A DNA stretch of 63,421 nucleotides, counting the filler, from Basidiobolus meristosporus CBS 931.73 (taxonomy: Eukaryota; Fungi; Basidiobolomycota), in assembly GCA_002104905.1 (NCBI GenBank). It is 3 parts of 3 records of this genome, joined end to end, with 100 filler letters (N's around TTAATTAATTAA, not from the genome) between each part and the next. Parts side by side here need not be neighbours in the genome. Positions count along the whole stretch, not along the records: positions 1 to 31,821 come from MCFE01000836.1; positions 31,922 to 52,492 come from MCFE01001003.1; 1 more part is not named here. One strand, 5' to 3'. Shown piece after piece: positions 27,639-40,019 of the stretch (its first letter is position 1; each line of letters starts with the position of its first letter). Position numbers and translations under genes: made by a program. The notes below the pieces were generated by a model, which ran no database searches, was not told the origin of the DNA, and was given only the letters and a program-made list of their open reading frames with translations.

Positions 27639-28521
27639 CTATTCATAATGCTCCAGACACATTTCTCTCAGTGGATGTCTTCTTGTATGAACATACTGTG
27701 CATTAATAAGTATCTTAACTATTTTACCTATTCTGCTGTTTTCTCCTATATATGACTTTCCTCTGTATTTACCTGCCAATATGCTGAATCTCTTCAGATA
27801 TCCAAATGTGTGCTCTACCCTTACTCTGAAATGATTAAATATCTCATTGTAGAGCTTCTGCTTCCTGCTAAGCACACCATTCCTTGGCTTCCTATAAGCT
27901 GTAATACATCCTAATCTCTGACAATCCTCTCCTATATAGGCCAAGTCTGCCATACATTTCTCCCCTCTACTGAATTCAGGATGATTCTCTACCCAGAGTG
28001 CTTTGTCATGCCTACTTCCAGCAAATGGCCCACTAAACCAGATGATGTTACCCTCAATGTCAGACAGTGCTTGAAACTTCACACAGTGTGCCTTGTACTT
28101 GCCAGAAATAAAAGTGCCTCTGCCCTCTAGAAGGTCTGTTAATCCTCACTGGGAAGGTATCCAAAATACTCCTGATATGGAACCTGTTGCTGAACACTCT
28201 GGGATATGGAAGTCTATTGGAGCTTCTGAACCTAGTATTCCAAGCTTGCTCTAAGTCATTCATACCCTCTGCAAGGTGGTTCTCCATTGCTGTCAGCTGG
28301 GAATGAAAGCTTCTAGGACTTTTGTTGCCATGGATGGTGGGATGAAACCTTGTAGGGCAATAGTTCTTGTAATAGCAGAGAAGCTTAACAAGGGATCTCC
28401 TTGAGTAGATTGGGATTGATGGTCCACAGTACTTGGAATAGATCTCCTCCAGTGTGTCAAAAGGAAATCCAGTGGTAGTGATGGGATTGATGAGAAAAGA
28501 CCATTCAGATGAGTAAGTCAT
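27639..28521 (-). pseudogene. DDE_Tnp_4-type transposase with a single +1 frameshift
   Basis: HTH-like N-terminus (TGFPFDTLEEIY..LVKLLCYYKNY) followed by ILDTFP, GSRHDK, MADLAY and RVRVEHTFGYLKRF. Removing one base at ~28106-28108 restores FYSGKYKAHCVKFQ and gives about 294 aa. Confidence 0.88.
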
Positions 28522-28973
28522 ATTAAAATTGATGGATGATTGTATGGAGGCGGTTTGAATTGATTCGGCGCAATCTGCGTTATTTATTTGATTTTTAACA
28601 CATTATGGTTAAATCTCCATCAATTGCCATGTATCCCATCATTATGTTGCAAAAATCATCCGCAAACAATGCCTTGGTACTTTTATTGATGCTTTAATCA
28701 TAGGTCTATAATCAAATAGGAAATCTGCGATTGATGTGATCTGATCCATGTCAACGCAATCCGAGATGCATCATGCATAATATATGGAAAATTCAACAAT
28801 CACTTTAGTTTTCATATATATTTCATATAAGACCAGGTTGATGCCAATATACTGCTGTATAAGTATCCAGATCCGTTGCTATGGTCCCCATACCAAGCCT
28901 CAACTCATCTTTAGTACAACCCAGACAAAACCCATCCCCCAGCTCACAAGCGCGGTCCGGACCGTAAAAGTCG

Positions 28974-30113
28974 ATGTTGGATCCGTTTGAGTTCTCACCA
29001 AATGATTTTAGTATGGCCCAAGTGTCTATGATGAGCCTTCATACAGATATTTGGGCACTACTGATTAATCTAGTAGAACTAGATACCTCAGAGAGTCAAC
29101 AAAGATGGAAGAATTTGAGTAGAAAGCTGTGGCATGAGTTCTACATCAAGATGCCAGCCAATGTATGTAAAAAGATATATAACAAGACAAGTATTGAAAT
29201 CAAGAATGAGCTGAGAGTGAGGGGATTTGACGAGGAAGCCGCGCAAAAACGATTCTGCGCGCAATTTGCACAGTACGGGCCGGATGCGCCCGTTCGTGCC
29301 TCAACTTTGGGAACCAAAGAGATTTTGAATGAGTTTTTGCCTCAAATGACTAATGTACTACGTGATATATTAGTAGAGCTAAGTGGCTTCCAAGAGCAAT
29401 ATACACAGGACTCATCCAGGCAACAGCTCCAAAGTATCAGACAGAGGGTAAGTGAATACCTTGAGGAATCAGATGGTGAGCTTCAGGAGGAAGAATACAG
29501 ACCGCAAGCAACATCGTCCAGATTGCGCCAGCACGCCTTGCTGGATTCCCTACCATCTCTTGCAACCACAGCGCGCCGGCGCACGTCAGTCCAGACTACG
29601 CCAACACCCTTTACCAGAACGCCCCGCGTCAAGTCAACGCGCGCGCTTCAGAGCAAAACTACCAGAACTCGCCAAACTGCTCATTTAGACACAAGTTCAT
29701 TGGAGCGGACCGAGTCGCGTCAACATGCGGCATCACATCAAACTCAGCCAAGGGCCATCTCAACGCGTCAAGGCGCGCCTGCGCGTGCCGTTTTGCCTGA
29801 CCATCAGCGAGTTACTTCTGGTGAACTGACTGATGATGACCAACATGAAGTGACTCAACCACCGAAGCCCTTGGCAAGTAAAAGAACGCGTCAGCGCGTG
29901 GCACTACAGGCCGGTTCAGTTGGTTCAGTCAGAGCAATTCAGCGCGGCCAAGCTGCAGCATTGCACTCATCAACTAGGAGGCAAAATACTGACTACAAAT
30001 ACACAAGTAGCCAAGATAATAGTCAGCCAGGAAGTAGTATAGGTGTGCAAAGTGAGTCACTACCAAATGCTTCAGTAGTAATCCCTGTGAGAAAAAAACC
30101 CAGGAGAAGATGA
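28974..30113 (+). CDS. Transposon accessory ORF2, 379 aa; putative Myb/SANT-like N-terminus, disordered C-terminus and basic NLS
   Basis: Intact ORF inside the TIR-bounded element, divergent from the transposase. IWALL..QQRWKNLSRKL..NVCKKIYN resembles a trihelix pattern (inference). Ends PVRKKPRRR. Confidence 0.65.
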   Translation: MLDPFEFSPNDFSMAQVSMMSLHTDIWALLINLVELDTSESQQRWKNLSRKLWHEFYIKMPANVCKKIYNKTSIEIKNELRVRGFDEEAAQKRFCAQFAQYGPDAPVRASTLGTKEILNEFLPQMTNVLRDILVELSGFQEQYTQDSSRQQLQSIRQRVSEYLEESDGELQEEEYRPQATSSRLRQHALLDSLPSLATTARRRTSVQTTPTPFTRTPRVKSTRALQSKTTRTRQTAHLDTSSLERTESRQHAASHQTQPRAISTRQGAPARAVLPDHQRVTSGELTDDDQHEVTQPPKPLASKRTRQRVALQAGSVGSVRAIQRGQAAALHSSTRRQNTDYKYTSSQDNSQPGSSIGVQSESLPNASVVIPVRKKPRRR

Positions 30114-31821
30114 TGCGATTGCTTTGAATCGCTCACATTTGTAATGATCCCGACAACCCTTTTTTTTTGCGATCCAAATCAAGCCATCGCAAATCAGTGA
30201 TCATCAAATTTTTGATATAAGTAATATCAAGGTCGTCTCACATTTGAGACAGAACCCCTATAAATAAACACCCTGCATATATATACGTCATCTGTAATAC
30301 CAGTGCAGCTATTGGATCTGTTTTGCACCTACACAATTGCTTGCGTGCTAGCTATGACACCTTGTCCAATCACTAGGATCAGGGATTTACTTGCTCAATG
30401 GGCAAAATGGGATATTTGATGGCAAATCAGGTAGCTTTTTCAGTAGTCAATGAGCCAATTGGGGGCTGCCAGCTTCAGGATACTTTTGGACCAATTAACC
30501 ACTGAGATACCGTCCAATTGGAGTGAGGGTAACCAAAATGGTAAGTATCAGTGTAGTTTATAGTGTGATACACATTTATTTCCATTTACATTAAAGAAAC
30601 ATATCCAAATACCGGATTTTACCTGCCATTAATAGCGGTATCCAATGCGCACACGTGATGCAAGCATTACGAGTTGGCGCAATCATCCGCGCCAACCTCA
30701 TTGTGTCAGATTGTGCCATAGTGTGCAAGATTGTCCCGCATAGTGCAAAATTGTCCAAGAACAATCCTGCCTTCTGGTAGCTATAATATTGCGCCCAATC
30801 ATTTCTTTACGACCGCGGATTGCGCCACGCGCCCTGGCACGGTATGATGGCACAAGTCTAATATCTATGTGCTTGGTTCTAGCATGAAAAGTTGGATTTC
30901 TACCTAATTGTGTACATCCTTGATTATCTGATATTATATGTAAGAGTCTTGGAGATATTGGAAGTGATTTGGAGAACAAGTAGATTATGTGGTTTTCACT
31001 TAATGATTCATTGAATGTAAAAGTAGTATTTATACTTTTACCTGTCCTGGCATTACAAACTGTAGAATAGGTTAAGAAGGTCCCAAGAGCATGTGTGCAA
31101 AGTTGGGGCTGTTTGGACAACTTTGAGAATTTTCATGTTCTGGGTACCTGGTATTTTGGTGAAAATATTCTAAGTAAATCCCAACAGGAATTTGGTCAGT
31201 ATTCTCTAGGATTTGAAGGTGATGATCTAAGTGACTAAGTTAGGTGAATATTTAGGTGGAAATACAAATTTGTACACAGATATAAAGTAATTGGCATTTT
31301 TTGACATATGCCTAAATCTGTGAAAAGCTTTCTTAGCCACATTGCTTCTTTTGTAGCTTCACAGGCTACCATATACTCTGCCTCTGTGTGAGAAAGTGCT
31401 ATGGCTGGTAGCTTTCTTGAATTCCATGAAATTACTCCTTTACAGTAAAGAAAGGTGCATCCTGTGGTGGATCTTCTTTCATCCAAATTTTGTCCCCAAT
31501 CAGCATCAGAGTATCCCATAAGATCCTGTTCTGAATCTTTATAAGTGTATCTTAAGCAGATATCAGCAGTTCCTTTTAGGTATCTAAAAATCTGCTTAAC
31601 TGCTGCAATATGATCAGATCCATAGTTCTGATTATGTTGGCTGACAACTCCCACTGAATATGAGATAACTGGACATGTTCCAAGCAGGATATACATCAGA
31701 CTGCCAACCATATATTGATAAGGGAAGTCAGGGCTTTCAGATTGGCACAGCTCTCTTAATTTGGTTGAGTTTTGACCAAGTTAAGGTTTGTCTCCATTGG
31801 GGTAGCTGCTGGTTTACAGTC

Positions 31822-31921
31822 NNNNNNNNNNNNNNNNNNNNNNNNNNNNNNNNNNNNNNNNNNNNTTAATTAATTAANNNNNNNNNNNNNNNNNNNNNNN
31901 NNNNNNNNNNNNNNNNNNNNN
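31822..31921. other. Scaffold gap with TTAATTAATTAA linker
   Basis: N-run with a central all-frame-stop linker at 31866-31877. Confidence 0.97.
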
Positions 31922-32109
31922 TATTAGCTCTCATAACTGCTCAGGTAGCAGCTATATCATGTTCCTTGAGTTATAAGCATTTGAAACATTCAATGAGATT
32001 CCCTAGCAGAATCCCAGCTAAATACCAGCTAAGTACCAGCTGATTACTCTCAATCAAAAATATACTTCCAAGTTTGGAACTTCAATAGGGGCCAATTCAG
32101 CTGAACAGC

Positions 32110-32800
32110 CATTTCTCAATGATCCTGCCCCTAACACTGGTCTGCTAATGGAAACTCTTGAGGAAGCCTACACAAAACTTTGTGGGCATTCTGCCCTTAT
32201 TCCATCATAAAAATTCCTGGTGAAATGTTTTTGCTATTGCCCGAACTACTACTTAACCATATTCCAAGGCTTTCATTCATTGCTCACTACAATGAAGACT
32301 TGCCTTGCTACAATTATTAATGGCCTAGACATGCTTGGGAGTCAATACTCAGAAGCTCCAGTAGATTACAATCTCCAAGAATATTTCCTAGCAGATTTTG
32401 CACTAAAAGCTTCTTGGATACATTCCTATAGGAATTTACAGGTCAAACAGCAACCAGATATAGTTTTACTCAAGAAAATATGTGTGAGCCTCAGGCACTC
32501 TCTGGCAATCATGGTAACATCATCTGATTTAGTGGGCCATTAACTGGCCATAGACAAGATAAGGCACTTTGAGTAGAAAGTCATCAAAACTTTATCAGGA
32601 GTAAAGACTTGGCTTATATAGATGGGGATTATAAAGGATTAGGATGTAAAACAGGATTTAGGATGCTTATCCCTATGAGAAATAACTTGACTTTTTGGTA
32701 GGATTGGATCTGAATCAATCTGTGAAGATCTTGCAATGGCTCCATATGAATTCCATTAGCTTAGATTTTAGCCAACCTATTGCCTGGTCTTGATGGCCTT
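32110..32800 (+). pseudogene. Second, diverged and heavily decayed copy of the PHIS transposase
   Basis: Manual translation gives NTGLLMETLEEAYTKLCG..LVKCFCYCPNYY, LLDTF, QALSGNHGNII*FSGPLTGHRQDKAL*VESH and DLAYI..GLGCKTG. These are collinear with the transposase at 27639-28521. Confidence 0.8.
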
Positions 32801-34947
32801 ATCACTGTACCCTATGAAAATTCTCAAGCTTGGATTTTTACTTTGATTCAATGGTATTCAGCTTGCATTATGCTGACATTTAGCTGGGTTTCAGCAGGTG
32901 AATCTCAAAAAACTTCTCAAATGCAATTAACTCAGGGAACAGCAATCTAGTAACCAACCAAGTTGGCATGAGGGCTAATGTGACTTAAGTCCTTCCACAT
33001 AATGCATCCATAAGTTTTCAGAGTAGCTGTAACTCCAAATATTGAAAGTTGTAACTTTAAGGAGACCTGAATTTTATCTGGTATTTGGCTGGCATTGAGC
33101 TGGCCTTCATCAAAAACTTCTCATCAGAAGTACCCATGATTATTGTTTTGGAGTGATATCTGAACAGTTTCTTGATAATATTAGAGCAGTATTATTATGG
33201 TTCTATGTACTGTGCTGCTACTTCTATACTCCTTAAACTCTTGGAATTCCACTTTTTAGTAGTAAACTAGATGGTGTATTTATGGTGTTTCATTTAACTC
33301 ATCACAGCATGTTATGGTCTTATTGAGATGTAAGCATGCTACCTGACAGCTGCTACATGCTATCAACCCAATAAATGATCCACATTGTTTTGTTGCTAAT
33401 TTACTACTATTGTGTCTGTGTTATATTCTTGTACCACAATATTGCCTCTGTGGTGTACCCACTCATACTCTGGGTATTCCACTATGAGCTATTTGATTAT
33501 ATTTCACCAAAAGACCATTACAAAGCTAATATCACATTAGAGAGGGGTCATATTCTTGTAGGATCCTGTATCTACTCCATTAGAAGAGAATTGCACTCTA
33601 CTTTGGTGAAAAATAGGGTTGAATTTTGACTATCTATTGCCCCCTTGCCTTCATTAAATGGTTCTCATTCATTTCACTTACTTCCTGATCCTACACTCTC
33701 ATATTTCCCTGACTATTACTGTATATTCATGGACCATCTTCTGCTTCTTACTCTTCTACATCTTGCCCTCACATTACTCCCTTACTATTCCTCTATGCAC
33801 ATTGATTTATTTCTTTTCAAATGTTGGATGTTTTGCAATAATTTCTTGTATAGACTGGTATGTAATATCAATGGTCTTATTGTGCCTGTCCCCAATCTTA
33901 CACTGTGTCATTGGCTCCATTAAAGCCTACAATTCACAAAGTGTATCTTACCCAAAACCCTCCTTTCAGTTACTTGGCTGCATCCTAACAGCCTTGTGTC
34001 TGCTTTGGTTCACTCCTTCCCAAACATTCCAATGCAGTAGAGACTTCCTTGTATATAGCAGTACTTTGGCTAGCTCCTTTGTTAGCTCTCCACAATACTG
34101 GTATTCAGATATGCTCTTACATCTACAAAAGACCCTCTGGAGTGCTCTAGTGTGCTTTGTTATCTTATGGCACTTGCCAAGGAAACCAGGATAAATATCT
34201 GCCATTTTTGCAGTGCTGCTTTGTTGGTGGGCAGAATTACTACACCGCTGCCAGTAGTGGACTTGCTTTGTCCATTTCCTTCATAGGTTCTTTAGCATAG
34301 CCATGTAGTTGCTCAATGGGCCTGGTCTCTGCACCTTAGAAGAGTAGTCTTAGTATTTTATTTCTATTTTCACTCAGACTGGGTGAGTTCTGTTGTATTC
34401 TGTGTATTTCCTTTGGGAAAAATCAGTGAGGTAGCTTGGAGACTATGTACTAATTGCATGCTACCCTCATAGTAGTTACCTGATGTCTTTCTGCACTTGT
34501 TGGGAGCTTTCTACCAGACTAGAGTCAGGCTTTTGCATGAGTTTCACCCACTGTGGTAGAGAAAAGGCATTTCCTAACCTTTTTTTGGGAAAGAGAATCC
34601 AATTTTTTGACCTTTTTTGTGGAATCAATATTTGAATAGGTTTTACAATAGGGTAAATATTTGAATACAGTGCCAGATTGTGCCAGTGGACTAAGTTAGT
34701 GACATGCATTTTTGTGACATGTTACAAGCCTCTGGAGCTATATTCAGAGTGCCGTGGGTATTGTGTACCGGATGCATATCTTCAGTCCTTCTGTGCTCTT
34801 ATCCATCATGCACAATAATGACTCCAAAAAAAAGTCAATAAATGGATTTGTCCAGCAAAATAGGTGAAACACAGGAGCTGCATTGCATGAAGATAAAGAA
34901 CTATGTTTCACACTCTGTGGCCAAGTCTAGCTCTGCTATGCCTCTCT

Positions 34948-37900
34948 TGTTGTAAGTGTCTTGGAGATATTGGAAGTGATTCGGAGGACAAGTAGATTAT
35001 GTGGTTTCACTTAATGATTTATTGAATGTAAAGTAGTATTTATACTTTTACCTAGTCTTGGCATTACAAACATGTAGAATAGGTTAAGGAAGGTCCCAAG
35101 AATATGTGTGCAAAGTTTGGGGCTGTTTGTACAACTTTGAGAATTTTCATGTTCTGGGCACCTGGTATTTTGGTGAAAATATTCTAATTAAATCCCAACA
35201 AGGAATTTGATCAGTATTCTCTAGGATTTGAAGGTGATGATCTAAGTGACTAAGTTGGGTGAATACTTAGGTGGAAATACAAATTTTTACAACACTCCCA
35301 CTCAGCTAAATGTTCATACTGACTAGTCCTAATTTTTACCTAAGATATTCAAAATTGTCTCTAGCTAATGATTTGGTAAATATGTCTGCAATCATTTCAT
35401 CTGTAGGACAGTAAACTAAGCCAACTAAGTTATTCTCTATAGCTCCACGTACAAAATGATGTCTAATATCTATGCGCTTGGTTCTAGCATGAAAAGTTGG
35501 ATTTCTACCTAATTGTATACATCCTTGATTTTCTTGAAATATAGTAATAGGCGTTTTTTGACATAGGCCTAAATCTGTAAAAGTTTTCTTAGCCACATTG
35601 CTTCTTTTGTAGCTTCACAGGCTGCCATATACTTTGCCTCTGTGGTGGAAAGTGCTACAGTTGGTTACTTTCTTGAATTCCAAGAAATTGCCCCTTTACA
35701 ATAAAGAAAGGTGTATCTTGTGGTGGATCTTCTGTCTTCTAAATCTTGTCCCCAATCAGCATCAGAGTATCCCACAAGATCCTGTTCTGAATCCTTATAA
35801 GTGTATCTTAAGCAGATATCAGCAGTTCCTTTTAGGTATCTAAAAATCTGCTTAACTGCTGCAATATGATCAGATCCATAGTTCTGATTATATTGGCTGA
35901 CAACTCCCACTGAATATGAGATATCTGTACATGCTCCAGGCATGATATGCATCAGACTGCCAACCATAGATTGATAAGGAAAGTCAGGGTTTTCAGATGG
36001 CATCAAGCTCTCTTGATATGGTTAAGTTTTGACCAAGTTAAGGTTTCTTTCCATTGGGGTAGCTGCCAGCTTACAGTCTTTGATTTGGTACTTCTTTAGT
36101 ATATCTTGAATATACTTGGATTGACTTAGGGTGATAGTCTGGGTACTTCTGTCTATGGAGAACTTAATCCCTAAGTAGTAACTAAGTTCTCCTAGATTGG
36201 ACATCTTGAACTCCTTAGATAGGCTGGATTTAGTCTCTTCCAATGTTTCTAGGTTATTGGCGGCTATAATAAGATCATCCACATATAGAGCTAATAGAAC
36301 TGGGTTTGCTCTATTTGGCTTATAGTATATATTATAGTCAGTATTACTCCTTTTGAAACTCAAAGATTCCAAATAAGAATCTATCTTGCAATTCCAGGCT
36401 CTTGGTGATTGTTTGAGACCATATAGTGACTTTTTAAGCTTGCAGACCAAATGGGAGTTATCTTGGTCAGAAAACCCACCAGGCTGGTCCATATACACGT
36501 CCTCATCAAGTTCTCCATTCAAAAATGCAGTTTTTACATCCATTTGATGAATAAAAAACTTATATTTTGCTGCAATAGCCAATATTGATCTGATGGAATT
36601 AAACTTGGCTACCGGTGCAAAGGTCTCAGTATAGTCAAGTCCTTTTATTGGAGAGTATCCTTTGGCTACAAGTCTTACTTTGTATCTTTCAATTGTACCA
36701 TCAGCCTTGTATTTTGTCTTGAAGACCCATCTGCATCCAATTGATTTTTGGTTGATTGGTAATTTGACTAAGTCCCAAGCTTGATTTTCCATCAGAGCCT
36801 GATATTCCTCAGTCATTGCAGATCTCCAAAACTTTGTCTGAGGGCTATTTAGGGCCTCTTTTACAGTCTGGGGTTCATCAATATGGACTGAATAGGCATT
36901 TGCCAAGTTTGTAGCCTCATTGATATAGTAATTTGGGCTATTTCTTGTCCAATTGGATCTCTGGGCATCTGATGCTGGAATGATGCACTTCTGGGATATT
37001 GCTGGGCACTGATTCTGGCTGAACCATAGTTGTAGAGTCCTCTGGCATGAAAAATTTTCATTGTTTGCTCTGATTCAATCCTGACAATTGGTGGACTTGA
37101 GATCAAATTTTTGTCATCATCTGATGTCATTTTTTGTGAAAATTTTGAATTTTCATCAAGCAACACATCCCTGGACTTCATCAGCTTCTTTGCTTTGGTA
37201 GTGTAGAGTCTGTATGCTTTACTCTCATTGCAGTAGCCCAAAAATATGCATTTTACACTTTTTGGCTCAAATTTTGACTGATTTCCGGCCAGTTTTTTGG
37301 CATATGCTGTACACCCAACTATTCTTAGATGTTCTGCACTTGGTCTGTCTCCATACTTTGCTTTAAATGGAGTAGAATCACAAAGTATTCTGTTATAACT
37401 CCTATTTTTAAGATATACAGCAGTGGCAACTGATTCCACCCAAGAATCATAGGATAATTTTTGATTATGAATCATAGATCTTGCCATATCAATTATTGAT
37501 CTGTTAGCATGTTCTGCTACTCCATTTTGCTGTGGGGAGTATGGTACAGTAGTTTCTTGCTTTATCTCATGAATTTTGCAGAAGTGGATGAAGAGTTTTG
37601 AGGTATATTCTCCACCATTGTCAGAGTGTATTTTCTTGATTTTTTCACCAGTTTCTCTCTCCACCATGGCTTTTTACTCCCTGAACTTAGACAGAGCTTC
37701 TTCCTTTCTTTGCATGAAGTAGACCCATGTGTATCTTGTATAATATCAATAAAAGTGATTAAATACTTCATCCCACCTGAGGATAAATTTTGCATAGGTC
37801 CACACAGATCTGAGTGAATTAGATCAAACTTCTTCTTAGCTTTGATTAACCCAGAGCTCTTGAGTGGTTGTCTGGCTTGTTTCCCATATATGCAGGCTTC

Positions 37901-39626
37901 ACAGTGCTCCAAATTAGCTGGGGGTTCAATTTTCACTCCAGAAATTAGCTGATCTTTGATCATTTTACGCAAATAATCAAAATTGATGTGTCCAAATCTC
38001 CTGTGCCAAAGCATTGGTGTTTCTTCATTTAAGTTACTTATATTGGCTTCCAAGTATGATGGAATATAAGTCAACTTGTATAGATTCTGATCTCTGATGC
38101 CCAAAGCAATATGGTCACCATTTTGATCAGTGATCCTGCATCCAGAATTGTCAAAACTGAAACTGAGTCCTTCTGCTGTGGCCTTGCTTACAGAGAGTAG
38201 GTTCTTGGCTAATTCTGGTACATAGAGTACTTCTTTAAAGGTCAGTGTATGGCTTCCTTCACTGCTTCTAAGGTTTACTTGGATAGTTCCTTCTCCCACT
38301 GCATCAAGTGTTCTATTGTCACCCATGAAACCTTCTTAATTGGAATTTCTTGATATTGGGTAAAAAGTTCTTTTTGGTGTGTAAAGTGTTGAGATGCTCC
38401 GGAGTCAATATACCACATCTGAGAATCCTTGTTTATGGTCATATTTAGTGCTGATAGGAATAGTCTATCTTCAGTTGTTGCAGCATTTCCATATTCAGGC
38501 TTCTTTTGCTGATTATCTTTCTTTTTGAGACACCGGTCTGATGTTTTTCCTTTCCTTTTGCAGTAGTTGCAAAATAGGTTGCTGTTGCCTTTGTAGGGTC
38601 TTGGGTACCTCCTTTGTTGGTTATCATTGCTTATTAAAGCATTTTCTTCTTCCTTTGTATTGGCACTTGATTTTCTTAATTCTTCATCCAGGAGCCTGCC
38701 ATTCACATAATTCAAGGTCAAATCTTCAGTTCTGGACTCTAGGGCCAATACAAGGCCCTGAAACTCATCTGTCAGACTATTCAGGATGGTAACTATCACA
38801 TCCTCATCAGTAGTTGGTACACCCACAGATTCCATCTCATCTACTAGCAGGGTAATTCTGTTAATTAGATTTTTCATGTCCTCTCCTGGTAGCATCTTTG
38901 TAGTAAAAAATTTTTGTCTCAGATACATATTCTTAGCAGCTGAACATGACTGGTAGGTGTCTTCTAATGCCTTCCAGGCATTCTTTGCTGTTGTTGCTGT
39001 TGAGCATTGAATTAGCAATTTGTCTTTAACATTAAGGCAAATGCAGTTAAAGGCACTTTGTTCTTTCTTCTGGTACTTTAAGGCTTCCTCGCCCACGTTT
39101 TTAGGAGGGCATTCTTCTCCCATGACAATATCCCAAAGGCTTCTTTCTTGTAGTAGCATCTTCATCTTCACCTTCCATACTTGGTGGTTAGATCCATCCA
39201 ACTTTTCAGCAGAGGGAAAAATTCCAGTAATAGCAGTAGTAGACAGTGCAGAGAGTGACAGCTTGGGGCTTGTAGCCTGTTGTAAGAGTCTTGGAGATAT
39301 TGGAAGTGATTGGGAGAACAAGTAGATTATGTGGTATTCACTTAATGAATTATTGAATGTAAAAGTAGTATTTATACTTTTACCTGGTCTTGGCATTACA
39401 ACCACTTAGAATGGGTTAAGGAAGGCCCCAAGAACATGTGTGCAAAGATTGGGGCTGTTTGGACAACTTTGAGAACTTTCATGTTCTGGGTACCTGGTAT
39501 TTTGGTGAAAATATTCTAAGTAAATCCTGACAAGGAATTTGGTCAGTATTCTCTAGGATTTGAAGGTGATGATCTAAGTGACTAAGTTAGGTGAGTATTT
39601 AGGTGGAAATACAAATTTTAACAATA
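34948..39626 (-). mobile_element. Full-length degenerate Ty1/copia LTR retrotransposon (4679 bp)
   Basis: LTRs at 34948-35294 and 39278-39626, with a 5-bp TSD TCTCT on both flanks. Order is gag (CNYCKRKG knuckle-like), PR (YIDSGA), IN (HSDLCGP, HSDNGGE, QQNGVAE), RT (QMDVKTAFLNG, LYVDD), RH (YSDADW). Several frameshifts, and the gag ATG is mutated to CTG. Confidence 0.95.
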
Positions 39627-39670
39627 TCTCTGACACACTATGGCACAATTTGGCACTTATGGCTCAACAT

Positions 39671-40019
39671 CGTTCTAAGAGTCTTGGAGATATTGGAAGT
39701 AATTGGGAGAACAAGTAGATTATGTGGCTTTCACTTAATGATTTATTCAATGAAATAGTAATATTGATACTTTTACATGGTCTTGGCACTACAAACACGT
39801 AGAAGTGGCTAAGGAAGGTCCCAAGAACATGTGTGCAAAGTTTGGGGCTGTTTGGACAACTTTGAGATTTTTCATATTCTGGGTACCTGGTATTTTAGTG
39901 AAAATATTCCAAGTAAATCACAACAAGGAATTTGGTCAGTATTCTCTAGGATTTGAAGGTAATGCTCAAAGTGACTAAGTTAGGTCAGTATTTAGGTGGA
40001 ATTACAAACTTTTACAACA
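39671..40019 (-). mobile_element. Solo LTR of the same copia family
   Basis: Full LTR-length match to the neighbouring LTRs with a mutated terminus. No clear TSD. Confidence 0.8.

Larger units (their letters stand above)
27453..30859 (-). mobile_element. PHIS-superfamily (PIF/Harbinger-ISL2-like) DNA transposon, 3407 bp, two divergent ORFs
   Basis: Termini are AGACTTGT (27453) and ACAAGTCT (30859), flanked by AAT/AAT. The empty site GATGTTTAATATCTATG survives in the duplicated unit at ~26865-26881. GTGCC/GGCAC subterminal repeats occur at both ends. Confidence 0.88.
26368..31821 (-). mobile_element. 3' part of a copia element with tandemly duplicated [LTR+PPT+RNaseH end] unit, an internal LTR, and a nested DNA transposon; runs into N-gap
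   Basis: LTRs at 26368-26700, 26947-27279 and 30935-31278. PPT (CTCCCACTCAGC on +) follows the first two. RNaseH/RT motifs YSDADWG, HARTKHID and MVGSLMY lie at 30863-31800. The third LTR is flanked by GATAT on both sides. Confidence 0.85.

Noticed and set aside
31866-31877. Perfect palindrome TTAATTAATTAA (also at 52537-52548)
   Set aside because: It is centred in N-runs and is an artificial all-frame-stop scaffold linker.
33375-34194. Hydrophobic plus-strand ORFs resembling membrane proteins (also 23301-23717)
   Set aside because: They are antisense shadows of A-rich decayed coding sequence in CpG-purged TE DNA.
34921-34931. CAAGTCT as the right terminus of the second PHIS copy
   Set aside because: The match is only 7 bp, the flank (AGC) is not ANT, GGCAC repeats continue beyond it, and the left end is hidden in the gap.
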